A DNA stretch of 64,000 bases, from the NCBI GenBank assembly GCA_040387665.1, contig JAZKDH010000004.1:1090-65089 (forward strand), in the 5' to 3' direction. The stretch is from Pseudomonadota bacterium (GTDB lineage: Bacteria; Pseudomonadota; Alphaproteobacteria; Sphingomonadales; Sphingomonadaceae). Below the pieces are notes generated by a model. It did not search any database, had not been told where the DNA came from, and worked only from the letters and a program-made list of their open reading frames with translations. The stretch's first letter is position 1, and the number at the start of each line of letters is the position of its first letter. The translations under genes and the position numbers were made by a program. This document shows, piece by piece, positions 39,299 through 49,249 of the stretch.

Positions 39299-39472
39299 AT
39301 GACTGAAGCAACTGGGCCAGAACCCGCCCGCGCTCGTGCGGTGCTCTCGAACGAGGACTTCAAGCTCCTGCGTGAAGCGGTGCTGTTTTATCTCAAAGCG
39401 ATCGAGGACAGCCCGGAATCGGTCAAGTTCTCGAACCTTTACCACCGGCTTGGCAGCGCGGCCGGACGCTGA
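39299..39472 (+). CDS. hypothetical 57-aa protein (below the ORF-track cutoff)
   Basis: ATG 39299 preceded by GAAGGAG at a 7-nt spacing. Product MTEATGPEPARARAVLSNEDFKLLREAVLFYLKAIEDSPESVKFSNLYHRLGSAAGR. G/C-rich third positions through most of the ORF. It fills the aceA to enoyl-CoA hydratase gap. Confidence 0.5.
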   Translation: MTEATGPEPARARAVLSNEDFKLLREAVLFYLKAIEDSPESVKFSNLYHRLGSAAGR

Positions 39473-39577
39473 GTTCCGCCGCCTGCAACCGAAGTTCCTG
39501 GGGAGGAACGGCCGGCCCGTTGCACACCGGTGCGACGGGTCGGTTGCATTCCGGTCCGGCAGGCGCGATCAGCAAGC

Positions 39578-40354
39578 ATGTCCATCCATCCTGAACCTGT
39601 TCCCGGTCTGCGGCTTGAACGCGCGGGCCCGATCGCCCGGTTGCTGATAGATCGTGCCGACAAGCGCAATGCGATGAGCGGTGCCATGTGGGACGCAATC
39701 CCGGCGCTGGTCGAAACAGCCATGACCGATCCGGCGATCCGCGTGCTGGTACTGCAATCAGCGGTGCCCGGCCTGTTCTGCGCCGGAGCAGACATCGCCG
39801 AGATGGTCGCCCGGCGCACGGATGCGGCGTGGCTAGCTGGCAACCAGAGTGCGATCAACCGCGCGCAGCATCAATTGACACGTGCCGTCAAGCCGACGGT
39901 GGCCTCTATCGACGGCGACTGCATCGGCGGCGGGGCGGGGCTGGCGCTGGCCTGCGATATCCGCGTGGCGAGTGCGCGGGCGCGGTTTGGAGTCACTCCG
40001 GCCCGGCTGGGGCTGGTCTATCCGCTGCACGACACCAAGCTGTTGATCGACCTGGTCGGGCCGGGTCAGGCCAAGCGGCTGATGTTCACCGCCGGGCTGA
40101 TCGATGCGCAGGAAGCCTTGCGGATTGGTCTGATCGAACAGCTTGCCGACGGTGCCGATGAACTGGCGGAGTGCATCGCAGCCAATTCCGGCTTTTCCCA
40201 GCGGGCCATCAAGGGGTTTGCACGGCGGGTGCTGGACGGACAGACGGACGAGGATGCCGACACGTTGCAAACGTTCGCGGCGGCGTTCGGTGGGGACGAC
40301 TTCCGCGAGGGAACGGCAGCTTTTCTGGACAAGCGGGCGGCGCGGTTCGGGTAG
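39578..40354 (+). CDS. enoyl-CoA hydratase/isomerase family protein
   Basis: ORF trimmed to ATG 39578 (MSIHPEPVPGLRLE...). Crotonase-fold motifs FCAGADI and GGGAGLALACD are present. Confidence 0.85.
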   Translation: MSIHPEPVPGLRLERAGPIARLLIDRADKRNAMSGAMWDAIPALVETAMTDPAIRVLVLQSAVPGLFCAGADIAEMVARRTDAAWLAGNQSAINRAQHQLTRAVKPTVASIDGDCIGGGAGLALACDIRVASARARFGVTPARLGLVYPLHDTKLLIDLVGPGQAKRLMFTAGLIDAQEALRIGLIEQLADGADELAECIAANSGFSQRAIKGFARRVLDGQTDEDADTLQTFAAAFGGDDFREGTAAFLDKRAARFG

Positions 40355-40437
40355 AGGGCTGAGGAGGGTCTGCGAACACGCGCTGCGGCACGGCGTCTGG
40401 CGTGTCTAGCGGGGGCGGGCCGTGACCGTCCGGCGGA

Positions 40438-41418
40438 TCAGGGCAGCAGAATGGTCGAGCCGGTGGTTGCGCGGCTTTCCAGCGCCCGGTGCGCGTCGGC
40501 GGCGGCGCGCAGCGGAAAGCGCTGGCCGATCGTGATGCCAATCACGCCCTGTTCCACCAGCGCGAACAGCCGGGCTGCGCCGGCGGCGCGTTCGGCCGGA
40601 TCGACATAGTAATCGAACAGCGTCGGACGGGTGACGAACAGCGATCCAGCGGCGGCCAACCGGCTCAGCGCCACCCCGCTGACGGGGGCACTGGCGTTGC
40701 CGTAACTGACGATCAAACCTCGGCGCGCCGCGCTGGCGAGCGAGGCGTCCCAGGTTGCCATGCCAACACCATCGAACACAACGCGTACGCCGGCGCCGCC
40801 GGTGAGTTCGCGCACGGCGGGCGCGATGTCGGCCGCGGAATAATCGATCACGTGGTCAGCCCCGGCATCGCGGGCGAGAGCGGCCTTGGCCGGTGTGCTT
40901 ACGGTTCCGATGACCGTTGCCTCCAGATGCTTCAGCCACTGCACGAGCAGCAAACCGACCCCGCCCGCGGCGGCGTGGACGAGCACGGGCCAGCCACGCT
41001 GCACGCGCGCGCAGCGTTCCACCAGGAATTCCACAGTGGCGCCCTTGAGCAGGACGGCGGCGGCGGCCTCGTCGCTGATCCCGGCGGGCGTGCGGAACAG
41101 CTGCGCGGATGGCACATTGCGCACAGTGGAGTAGGCACCGCGCGCGGGCCCGAACGTGCAGACCCGTTCTCCCACCACGAAACCCGAGACGTCGGGACCA
41201 AGCGCTTCGACGACGCCCGCGGCTTCGATGCCAAGGCCGCCGGGGAGCGGGGCGACCGGGTAGACGCCGCTGCGGTGGTAGGTATCGATGAAGTTCAACC
41301 CGATTGCCCGGTTGCGCATCCGTACTTCGCCCGGGCCGGGGGGCGGGACGTCCGCTTCGACCACAGTGATGACTTCCGGGCCGCCGGGGCCGGCAATTTC
41401 TATCCGGTGTTCGCTCAT
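40438..41418 (-). CDS. NADPH:quinone oxidoreductase (MDR superfamily)
   Basis: ORF trimmed to ATG 41418 (MSEHRIEIAGPGGPEV...), giving 326 aa. Motifs NFIDTYHRSG and AAGGVG are present. Confidence 0.87.
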   Translation of the reverse strand: MSEHRIEIAGPGGPEVITVVEADVPPPGPGEVRMRNRAIGLNFIDTYHRSGVYPVAPLPGGLGIEAAGVVEALGPDVSGFVVGERVCTFGPARGAYSTVRNVPSAQLFRTPAGISDEAAAAVLLKGATVEFLVERCARVQRGWPVLVHAAAGGVGLLLVQWLKHLEATVIGTVSTPAKAALARDAGADHVIDYSAADIAPAVRELTGGAGVRVVFDGVGMATWDASLASAARRGLIVSYGNASAPVSGVALSRLAAAGSLFVTRPTLFDYYVDPAERAAGAARLFALVEQGVIGITIGQRFPLRAAADAHRALESRATTGSTILLP

Positions 41419-41600
41419 GCACGGAATTGTGACGCAGAGCAGGGCCGCGTCAAGCGCCGTCGTGTTGGAGGGGAACGGCGGACAAGCCTTGGACATGTTG
41501 TTGAGAATGCGCTTGATTTAATCATCACTTAAGGAGTTATACTGATATTGCCCTTGCTGCCACAAACCGGAGGGACCCGGGAGGCGGCAGGGGAGCGGTC

Positions 41601-42230
41601 GTGGCTAAGGCACTAATAAATAAAATCGAATGGCATGATCCGGCAGGCGAACCGGTGAGAGCACCTGTCGTGGATGATCGGGGCAAGCGCCACAAGATGG
41701 TCAGGACCGCCAAGCTGATCGCGGACGACCTCGAATTCTTGTGTGTCGTACGCGATGTCTCCGCGGCGGAGGTTACTGTTCAGACGTTTCATCCGTTGCA
41801 TGCATACCGTGAGCTGGCGGTAGAATTCGACACCGGTGATCGTCATGCGCTCGGCATGGCCAGGCAGCAGGGTGACAAGATGAACTGTACGTTCGTGACG
41901 CCGATCGACTGCGCCCGCTTGCTGGCGGTGCAGGCTGGCAGTCGTCCCCGCAGGCAACTGCGCGTGAATCTTGAATTCCCTGCCACGCTATGCACAAACG
42001 GATTACGCACGCCGGTGATGCTGCGCGATGTCTCGCCGCAGGGTGCATCGATCGAATGCAACGGCTGGTTGATGATCGACGAGCTGGTGAGGATCGAATG
42101 CGCCAGTTTGCCGACGGTCTACGCCAAGGTCCGCTGGCGGCGGCCGCCGCGCTATGGCCTGGTGTTCGAGGACACCTTCCGGATTGACGATCTGGCGCGG
42201 GCCTGCGCGCACCTGCAGCAGGACAGGTGA
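41601..42230 (+). CDS. tandem PilZ-domain protein (first domain degenerate, second canonical)
   Basis: The second half carries RRQLR...DVSPQGA (RxxxR / DxSxxG). The first half has KRHKMVR...DVSAAE. GTG start. Visibly lower GC than its neighbours. Confidence 0.7.
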   Translation: MAKALINKIEWHDPAGEPVRAPVVDDRGKRHKMVRTAKLIADDLEFLCVVRDVSAAEVTVQTFHPLHAYRELAVEFDTGDRHALGMARQQGDKMNCTFVTPIDCARLLAVQAGSRPRRQLRVNLEFPATLCTNGLRTPVMLRDVSPQGASIECNGWLMIDELVRIECASLPTVYAKVRWRRPPRYGLVFEDTFRIDDLARACAHLQQDR

Positions 42231-42304
42231 TCACGCGAAGCGGGCGGGGGCGTCTGGCCGCGGCGCGAAAACGCCGCTAATACCCGGCTCCCACGAGGGA
42301 GTGC

Positions 42305-43813
42305 ATGCGCGTGAACGGCAATATTCTGGCCCGGTTCCTGGACGTGGCGGCGGCGGCCGGGGACAAGCCGTTCCTGATCGAGAACGGCCGCCCGCTGCTG
42401 ACTTTTGCCGCGCTGGAGCGGGAGACGGGGAGGCTTGCGGCGCGGCTTCGGGCGCTTGGCGGCCGGCCCGGCGAACGCATTGTCGTGCAGGTCGAAAAGT
42501 CGCCCGAGAACGTGCTGCTGTACCTTGCGGCGCAGCGGCTCGGGATGGTCTACGTGCCGCTCAACACGGCGTATACCGCAGGCGAACTTGAGTATTTCCT
42601 GGCCGATGCCGATCCGGTGGTGGTGGTGGTCTGCCGGCCGGCCGATGAAGCCACGGTGCGTGCGCTCGCTGGCGAAGCCACGGTTGTGACGCTGGGCGAG
42701 GATGCCACCGGATCGCTGCTGGAGGACGTGCCGGACGTCGCCGTTCCGGTGGCGCAGCGCGCGCCGCACGACCTTGCGGCGATCCTCTATACGTCGGGCA
42801 CGACCGGTCGATCGAAGGGTGCAATGCTGACCCACGGCAACCTGCTCAGCAATGCCGAAACGCTGCATCAGCTGTGGCGCTGGTCGGCCGATGACGTGCT
42901 GCTGCACATCCTCCCTATCTATCATGTCCACGGGCTGTTCGTGGCGCTGCACGGCGCGCTGCTGGCGGGGGCGAGCGTGCTGTTCCATCGCGGGTTTGAT
43001 CCCGCCGCGGTGATCGCACAGTTCAAGGTGGCGACCGTGCTGATGGGGGTGCCGACGCACTACACCCGCTTGACCGCCGCGCCCGAGCTGACCCCCGCAG
43101 CCTGCGCGCACATGCGGCTGTTCCTTTCGGGCTCCGCGCCGCTGCTGGCGGAGGCGCACGAGCGGTTCGAGGCGAAGACCGGCCAGCGCATCCTGGAACG
43201 CTATGGCATGACCGAGACCGGGATGATCGCCTCGAACCCCTATGACGGCGAGCGGGTGGCCGGCACGGTCGGGTTCGCGCTGCCGGGCGAGGAGATCCGC
43301 ATCGTCGGGGCGGACGGCGCGCCGGTTGCGCCGGGCGAGCCGGGCGTGCTGGAGGTGCGCGGACCGAACGTGTTCGCCGGGTACTGGCGCAAGCCCGACA
43401 AGACCGCCGAGGACATGCGTGCTGACGGTTTCTTCGTGACCGGCGATATCGCGGCGATGGATGCGGAGGGGCGGGTGACGCTGGTTGGCCGGGCGAAGGA
43501 CCTGATCATCTCGGGCGGGCTGAACATCTATCCCAAGGAAATCGAGGAAGCGGTCGATGCGCTGCCGGGGGTGGAGGAAAGTGCGGTGATTGGCGTGCCC
43601 CACCCCGACATGGGCGAGGCGGTGGTGGCGGTGGTAGTAGCGGCGACAGGTGCGGCGGTGGATCCTGCAAAGTTGCTGGCGGCGCTGGACGGCCGGATCG
43701 CGCGGTTCAAGCAGCCGCGCCGGATCGAACTGGTCGACACGCTGCCGCGTAACGCGATGGGCAAGGTCCAGAAAGCTGAACTGCGCAAGACCTACATGCG
43801 CCTGTACGACTAA
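42305..43813 (+). CDS. matB: malonyl-CoA synthetase-like AMP-dependent ligase
   Basis: AMP-binding motif [14 protein letters not shown]. The N-terminal region [38 protein letters not shown] closely resembles rhizobial MatB as I remember it. Confidence 0.75.
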   Translation: MRVNGNILARFLDVAAAAGDKPFLIENGRPLLTFAALERETGRLAARLRALGGRPGERIVVQVEKSPENVLLYLAAQRLGMVYVPLNTAYTAGELEYFLADADPVVVVVCRPADEATVRALAGEATVVTLGEDATGSLLEDVPDVAVPVAQRAPHDLAAILYTSGTTGRSKGAMLTHGNLLSNAETLHQLWRWSADDVLLHILPIYHVHGLFVALHGALLAGASVLFHRGFDPAAVIAQFKVATVLMGVPTHYTRLTAAPELTPAACAHMRLFLSGSAPLLAEAHERFEAKTGQRILERYGMTETGMIASNPYDGERVAGTVGFALPGEEIRIVGADGAPVAPGEPGVLEVRGPNVFAGYWRKPDKTAEDMRADGFFVTGDIAAMDAEGRVTLVGRAKDLIISGGLNIYPKEIEEAVDALPGVEESAVIGVPHPDMGEAVVAVVVAATGAAVDPAKLLAALDGRIARFKQPRRIELVDTLPRNAMGKVQKAELRKTYMRLYD

Positions 43814-43935
43814 AGCCAGCGCGCGGGCGGCCCCAGACTTTCTTGTTTGCACAAGGAGGCGGTGATGTGACAGGCACCGGGCTGAGACGGGCTGCCGCAG
43901 GGACGGGGTGGCTCCATTCGATCGACGGGATTACG

Positions 43936-44841
43936 ATGGCCAAGACCCTTACGCACCTGGAGCGGCTTGAGGCCGAGGCGATCCACATCATCCGCGAAGT
44001 CGCGGCTGAGGCCGAGAAGCCGGTGATGCTTTATTCGGTGGGCAAGGACAGTGCGGTGATGCTGCACCTGGCGCGCAAGGCGTTCTATCCCTCGCCCCCG
44101 CCGTTCCCGCTGATGCACGTCGATACCACGTGGAAGTTCCGCGAGATGTACAAGCTGCGCGACCGGATGGCGGACGAAAGCGGGATGGACCTGATCGTCT
44201 ATCACAACCCCGAAGCGGCCGAGCGCGGGATCAATCCATTCGACCACGGCGCGCTCCACACCGACATGTGGAAGACCGAGGGGCTGAAGCAGGGGCTGGA
44301 CAAGTACGGGTTCGACGCGGCCTTTGGCGGCGCGCGTCGCGACGAGGAGAAGAGCCGGGCGAAGGAGCGGATCTTCTCGTTCCGCACCGCCAGCCACGGC
44401 TGGGATCCGAAGAGCCAGCGCCCGGAACTGTGGAACCTCTACAATGCCCGCAAGAACAAGGGCGAGAGCATCCGCGTGTTCCCGATCTCGAACTGGACCG
44501 AGCTGGACGTGTGGCAGTACATCCAGCTCAACGACATCCCGATCGTGCCGCTGTATTTCGCCGACGTGCGCCCGACGGTTGAGCGCGACGGGATGCTGCT
44601 GATGGTGGATGACGACCGCTTTCCGCTGAAGCCAGGCGAAACGCCGGTGATGCGCTCGATCCGGTTCCGCACGCTGGGCTGCTATCCGCTGACCGGCGCG
44701 GTCGAAAGCACCGCCAGCACGTTGCCCGAGGTGATCCAGGAAACGCTGCTGACCACCACCAGCGAACGGCAGGGCCGCGCGATCGACAAGGATGCGGGCG
44801 GCGCGGGGATGGAAGTGAAGAAGCAGCAGGGGTACTTCTGA
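43936..44841 (+). CDS. cysD: sulfate adenylyltransferase subunit 2
   Basis: [22 protein letters not shown] matches the canonical CysD N-terminus, and the SVGKDS motif is present. An alternative in-frame GTG at 43867 sits behind a perfect SD (see findings). Confidence 0.9.
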   Translation: MAKTLTHLERLEAEAIHIIREVAAEAEKPVMLYSVGKDSAVMLHLARKAFYPSPPPFPLMHVDTTWKFREMYKLRDRMADESGMDLIVYHNPEAAERGINPFDHGALHTDMWKTEGLKQGLDKYGFDAAFGGARRDEEKSRAKERIFSFRTASHGWDPKSQRPELWNLYNARKNKGESIRVFPISNWTELDVWQYIQLNDIPIVPLYFADVRPTVERDGMLLMVDDDRFPLKPGETPVMRSIRFRTLGCYPLTGAVESTASTLPEVIQETLLTTTSERQGRAIDKDAGGAGMEVKKQQGYF

Positions 44842-46766
44842 TGACGGACACTGCGCTTTCAACCGATCCGGTCTATGTCACCGACGCGCTGATCGCCGAG
44901 GATATCGACGCGTACCTTCAGACGCACCAGCACAAGACGATGCTGCGCTTCATCACCTGCGGCAGCGTGGATGACGGCAAGTCGACCCTGATCGGCCGGC
45001 TGCTGTACGACAGCAAGATGATCTTCGAGGACCAGCTGGCCTCGCTGGAGGCGGATTCCAAGAAGGTCGGCACGCAAGGCGGCGAAATCGACTTCGCGCT
45101 GCTGGTCGACGGGCTGGCGGCCGAGCGCGAGCAGGGTATCACGATCGACGTCGCGTACCGGTTCTTCAACACCGAGAAGCGCAAGTTCATCGTGGCCGAT
45201 TGCCCCGGGCACGAGCAATACACCCGCAACATGGTGACCGGCGCGAGCACCGCCGATCTGGCCGTGATCCTGATCGATGCGCGCAAGGGCGTGCTGGTGC
45301 AGACCCGCCGGCATTCGTACTTGTGCCACCTGATCGGCATCCGCAACCTGGTGCTGGCGGTCAACAAGATGGACCTCGTCGATTACAGCCAGGAGGTGTT
45401 CGACAAGATCGTGGCCGACTATGCCGGGTTCGCCAAGTCGATCGGGATTGAGGGCTTCACCGCGATGCCGATTTCAGGCTTCAAGGGGGACAGTATTACC
45501 ACCCACTCGGCGAGGACGCCGTGGTACAAAGGCCCGACGCTAGTCGACCATCTGGAAACGGTGGAGGTCAATTCGGCGCGCGATGCGGAGCGGCCGCTGC
45601 GCCTGCCGGTGCAATGGGTCAATCGCCCCAACCTTGATTTCCGAGGGTTTTCCGGCCTGATCGCGACCGGTTCGGTCAAGCCGGGCGATGCGGTACGCGT
45701 GCTGCCTTCGGGCAAGACCAGCACCGTGACGCGCGTGGTGACGATTGACGGCGACCTTGACGAGGCCGTCGCCGGCCAGTCGGTGACGGTGTGCTTCGCC
45801 GACGAGATCGACTGTTCGCGCGGGAACGTCATCGCGGCGGCGGACAACCCGCCGCAGGTGGCCGACCAGTTCGAGGCGACGCTGGTGTGGATGAACGACG
45901 AGGCGCTGCACGTCGGGCGGGCCTATTGGCTCAAGCTGGGCACGCAGATGGTTTCGGCGACGGTCCAGCAGCCGAAATATGCGATCAACGTCAACACTAT
46001 AGAACACATCGCGGTCAAGACGCTGGAACTCAACGCGATCGGCGTGGCCGAGTTGATCACCGACAAGCCGATCGTGTTCGAATCCTATGCGGAGAACCGC
46101 ACGCTGGGCGGGTTCATCCTGATCGACAAACTGACCAACGCCACGGTTGCGGCGGGAATGCTGCACTTCTCACTGCGCCGGTCTCAGAACGTGCACTGGC
46201 AGGCGCTCGACATCAGCCGCGAGGCGCACGCGGCGCTGAAGAACCAGAAGCCGGCGGTGCTGTGGTTTACCGGTCTGTCGGGCTCGGGCAAGTCGACCAT
46301 CGCCAACCTGGTCGAGCGGAAGCTGCACCGGATGAACCGGCACACCTTCCTGCTTGACGGTGACAACGTTCGCCACGGGCTCAACAAGGACCTGGGTTTT
46401 ACCGAGGCCGACCGGATCGAGAACATCCGCCGGGTGGGCGAGGTGGCGCGGCTGATGACCGATGCCGGGCTGATCGTGATCACCGCCTTCATCAGCCCGT
46501 TCCGGGCCGAGCGCGAGATGGTGCGCGGGCTGCTGCCCGAGGGCGAGTTCATCGAAGTATTCATCGATACCCCGCTGGACGTGGCCGAGCAGCGCGACGT
46601 CAAGGGCCTGTACAAGAAGGCGCGGGCGGGCCAGCTGAAGAACTTCACCGGGATCGACAGCCCTTACGAGGCGCCGGTCAATCCGGAACTGCGGATCGAC
46701 ACGACGCAGATGACGCCCGAGGCGGCGGCGACGCTGATCGTCGACACGCTGCTGGGCGACGCCTGA
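44841..46766 (+). CDS. cysN: bifunctional sulfate adenylyltransferase subunit 1 / adenylylsulfate kinase
   Basis: GTPase G1 motif GSVDDGKST in the N-terminal part and APS kinase P-loop GLSGSGKST in the C-terminal part. The ATG overlaps the cysD stop. Confidence 0.93.
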   Translation: MTDTALSTDPVYVTDALIAEDIDAYLQTHQHKTMLRFITCGSVDDGKSTLIGRLLYDSKMIFEDQLASLEADSKKVGTQGGEIDFALLVDGLAAEREQGITIDVAYRFFNTEKRKFIVADCPGHEQYTRNMVTGASTADLAVILIDARKGVLVQTRRHSYLCHLIGIRNLVLAVNKMDLVDYSQEVFDKIVADYAGFAKSIGIEGFTAMPISGFKGDSITTHSARTPWYKGPTLVDHLETVEVNSARDAERPLRLPVQWVNRPNLDFRGFSGLIATGSVKPGDAVRVLPSGKTSTVTRVVTIDGDLDEAVAGQSVTVCFADEIDCSRGNVIAAADNPPQVADQFEATLVWMNDEALHVGRAYWLKLGTQMVSATVQQPKYAINVNTIEHIAVKTLELNAIGVAELITDKPIVFESYAENRTLGGFILIDKLTNATVAAGMLHFSLRRSQNVHWQALDISREAHAALKNQKPAVLWFTGLSGSGKSTIANLVERKLHRMNRHTFLLDGDNVRHGLNKDLGFTEADRIENIRRVGEVARLMTDAGLIVITAFISPFRAEREMVRGLLPEGEFIEVFIDTPLDVAEQRDVKGLYKKARAGQLKNFTGIDSPYEAPVNPELRIDTTQMTPEAAATLIVDTLLGDA

Positions 46767-47515
46767 TGGGGACGACTGCACCCGGCCTGTCCGATGCGGA
46801 ACTTGCCGCGCGCCTGGCCGAAGCGGCCGGCCGGTTGCTGCTGGACGTGCAGGCATCGGGCATGCTGTCGACCAAGGCGCTGGGCCTGGCGGGCGATGCG
46901 ACCGCCAATGAATTCCTCTGCCACGCGCTGGCCGATCAGCGTCCCGACGACGGGCTGCTGTCGGAAGAAAGCAAGGATACCGCAGAACGGCTGGCCAAGC
47001 GCCGGGTGTGGATAATCGATCCGGTCGACGGCACCCGCGAATACGGCGAGGAGCGGACCGACTGGGCTGTACACGTGGCGCTGGCGATCGACGGTGTGGC
47101 GGTCCACGGCGCAGTCGCGCTGCCGGGCGCGGGACTGGTGCTGCGCAGCGATGCGCCGATCGCGATCCCGCCCGCGCCGGAACGGCTGCGGATGGTGGTC
47201 AGCCGCACCCGCCCCGCGCGCGAGGCGACCCACATTGCCGAGCGGCTGGGTGCGGAACTTGTACCGATGGGCAGCGCCGGGGCCAAGGCGATGGCGGTGG
47301 TGCTGGGGCAGGCGGACATCTATCTGCATTCGGGCGGGCAGCACGAATGGGACAGCTGCGCGCCCGTGGCCGTGGCGCTGGCGCACGGGCTGCACTGTTC
47401 GCGGATCGACGGCAGCCTGCTGGTCTATAACCGGGCCGATACCTACATGCCCGACCTGCTGATCTGCCGCCCGGAACACGCCGCGCAGATGCTGGCGGAA
47501 GTTGCGCTGATCTAG
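46766..47515 (+). CDS. cysQ: 3'(2'),5'-bisphosphate nucleotidase
   Basis: Inositol monophosphatase-family motifs WIIDPVDGTREY and EWDSCA. The ATG overlaps the cysNC stop (TGATG). Confidence 0.85.
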   Translation: MGTTAPGLSDAELAARLAEAAGRLLLDVQASGMLSTKALGLAGDATANEFLCHALADQRPDDGLLSEESKDTAERLAKRRVWIIDPVDGTREYGEERTDWAVHVALAIDGVAVHGAVALPGAGLVLRSDAPIAIPPAPERLRMVVSRTRPAREATHIAERLGAELVPMGSAGAKAMAVVLGQADIYLHSGGQHEWDSCAPVAVALAHGLHCSRIDGSLLVYNRADTYMPDLLICRPEHAAQMLAEVALI

Positions 47516-47528
47516 GGGCGGCTGCGGT

Positions 47529-48398
47529 TCACTGCGCCGCGATTTGCGCTGCCACCGCCTTGAGCCGCCGGGCCTGCTCCAGATGGAGCAGTTCGGTCAT
47601 CTTGCCATCGACCTTGATCGCGCCCTTGCCGGCGCTTTCCGGCAGCGCGAAGGCCGCGATCACCGCCTCGGCCCAGGCCAGTTCCGCGGCGCCGGGCGAA
47701 AACACCGCGTTGCAAGGGCCGATCTGGTCGGGGTGGATCACCGTCTTGCCATCGAACCCGAACAGCAGCCCCTGTTCGGCCTCGGTGCGGAACACGTCGA
47801 GGTCGCGGAATTCGTTGCACACCCCGTCGAGCAGCGCGACGCCGTGCGCCCGGGCCGCGCAGACCGCCAGTGTCAGGAAGGGGAGGAAGGCGGTGCGTTC
47901 CGGCGTCAGCCGCGCGCGCATTTCCTTGGCCAGATCGTTGAGGCCCATCACCCATAGCGAGAGCCGGGTACTCGCCGCCAGCGCCGCGATGGCGTCCAGC
48001 CGGCCGACCGCGCCGCAGGTTTCGATCATGGTCCACAGTTGCATCCGGGTCGGCGCGGCGGAAAGTGCCACCTCGCACGCCAGCACATCGGCGGGAGAGG
48101 AAACCTTGGGCACAAGCACCGCGTCCGCGCCCGACGTGGCGATTGCCGCCAGATCGTCGGCCCCCCACGGCGTGTCGAGCGCGTTGGCCCGGATCGCGAC
48201 CTCGCGCGCGCGGAACCCGCCCGCGCGCACTGCGGCGACCGCGGCTTGGCGTGCCTGCGCCTTCGCCTCGGGCGCGACCGCGTCTTCCAGATCGAGGATG
48301 ATTACGTCGGCGCGCAGGGTGCGGGCCTTGACCAGCGCCTTTTCATTGGAGGCGGGCAGGTACAGCGCGCTGCGGCGCGGGCGGTCAGGGGCGAGCAT
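47529..48398 (-). CDS. HpcH/HpaI aldolase / citrate lyase beta (CitE)-like protein, malyl-CoA lyase/thioesterase family
   Basis: MLAPDRPRRSALYLPASNEKAL...ILDLEDAV... is the typical CitE-like N-terminus. ATG 48398 is chosen; a TTG at 48413 is possible. Confidence 0.8.
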   Translation of the reverse strand: MLAPDRPRRSALYLPASNEKALVKARTLRADVIILDLEDAVAPEAKAQARQAAVAAVRAGGFRAREVAIRANALDTPWGADDLAAIATSGADAVLVPKVSSPADVLACEVALSAAPTRMQLWTMIETCGAVGRLDAIAALAASTRLSLWVMGLNDLAKEMRARLTPERTAFLPFLTLAVCAARAHGVALLDGVCNEFRDLDVFRTEAEQGLLFGFDGKTVIHPDQIGPCNAVFSPGAAELAWAEAVIAAFALPESAGKGAIKVDGKMTELLHLEQARRLKAVAAQIAAQ

Positions 48399-48466
48399 CG
48401 CGGGGTTCTCCAACGGGTTCCGCGGCCGGGCTACTGCGGCCGGCGCGACGTGGCAAGCGTCCCGCG

Positions 48467-49249
48467 CTATTGCAGGAACGCGGCGATTTCGCGGGCAACC
48501 TCGTCCGTCCGTTCCAGATTCAGCAGGTGCCCCGCGCCGGGCAAGTCCACCCGCCGGAGCCCCGGCACGGCCTGTTCCAATACCGCGGCAATCTGTCGGA
48601 AATCGGCGACGTCCTCGGTCCCGGTCAGCAGCAGGGTCGGCGCGGTCAGCGCATCGAGCCGATCGACGTCAGGCGTTTCGGGCAGGGCCGGGTCGGCCAG
48701 CCATTGCCTTCCGGGAAAGGCTGCCAGCGTGGCGGCGAGTTCGGGACCCGCCGGGCCGGCGTGCGCCGGGGTGAACATCGGATGGGCGGACCAGGCCGCC
48801 CGCGCGCCGGCAATGTCGCCCGCGCCGGCGGCCGCGGTTGCCGCGCGCCAGACGCTGCGCCACTGTTCGGACCACTTCCACCCGTAGAGCGCCGGACTGA
48901 CCAGCACCAGTCGGCGCACCCGGTGCGGGTGTTCGAGCGCGAAGTGACAGGCGATCGATCCGCCCTGCGACAGCCCGATCAGATCGGCCTGCGCAATGCC
49001 CCGCGCATCGAGCAGCGCCAGCAGATCGGCCCTGTGGCTATAGGCCGCGGCTTCTTCCGCCTTTGAACGGCCGAACCCGCGCTGGTCATAGCGCAGGACC
49101 GCGAGGCCAGCCGGAAGGGCGGTCCACACCCGGTCCCAGTCCCGGCCGCTGCCGCCAAAGCCGTGCAGGAACACGGCGCGCGGATCGTGCCCGCGCGTTT
49201 CACCCGCGATCCGCGCGCCGTTCAGTTCGGCCGCGAAGCCGGTGATCAT
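48467..49249 (-). CDS. alpha/beta hydrolase
   Basis: Oxyanion motif HGFGGS and nucleophile elbow GLSQGG. The ATG shares one nucleotide with the upstream stop. Confidence 0.8.
   Translation of the reverse strand: MITGFAAELNGARIAGETRGHDPRAVFLHGFGGSGRDWDRVWTALPAGLAVLRYDQRGFGRSKAEEAAAYSHRADLLALLDARGIAQADLIGLSQGGSIACHFALEHPHRVRRLVLVSPALYGWKWSEQWRSVWRAATAAAGAGDIAGARAAWSAHPMFTPAHAGPAGPELAATLAAFPGRQWLADPALPETPDVDRLDALTAPTLLLTGTEDVADFRQIAAVLEQAVPGLRRVDLPGAGHLLNLERTDEVAREIAAFLQ

Noticed and set aside
37703-39445. 580-aa ORF antisense to the whole isocitrate lyase gene. The same pattern occurs at 42152..43852 (antisense to matB), 35973..37478 (antisense to the regulator), 30229..31758, 59139..60698, 26529..27530, 51024..52091, 20837..22405 and 47560..48774.
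   Set aside because: Each lies exactly opposite a gene with clear family motifs. Their products are Arg/Ala/Gly/Pro-rich with no recognisable motifs. These are the expected stop-codon-poor shadow frames of a high-GC genome.
41531-41600. AAGGAG at 41531..41536 upstream of the PilZ gene, which might mark an earlier start or a leader peptide.
   Set aside because: No ATG/GTG/TTG lies at a workable distance in the PilZ frame (only ATT at 41547). The only nearby start (TTG 41548) opens a 22-codon frame with poor spacing. GTG 41601 has its own GGGAG.
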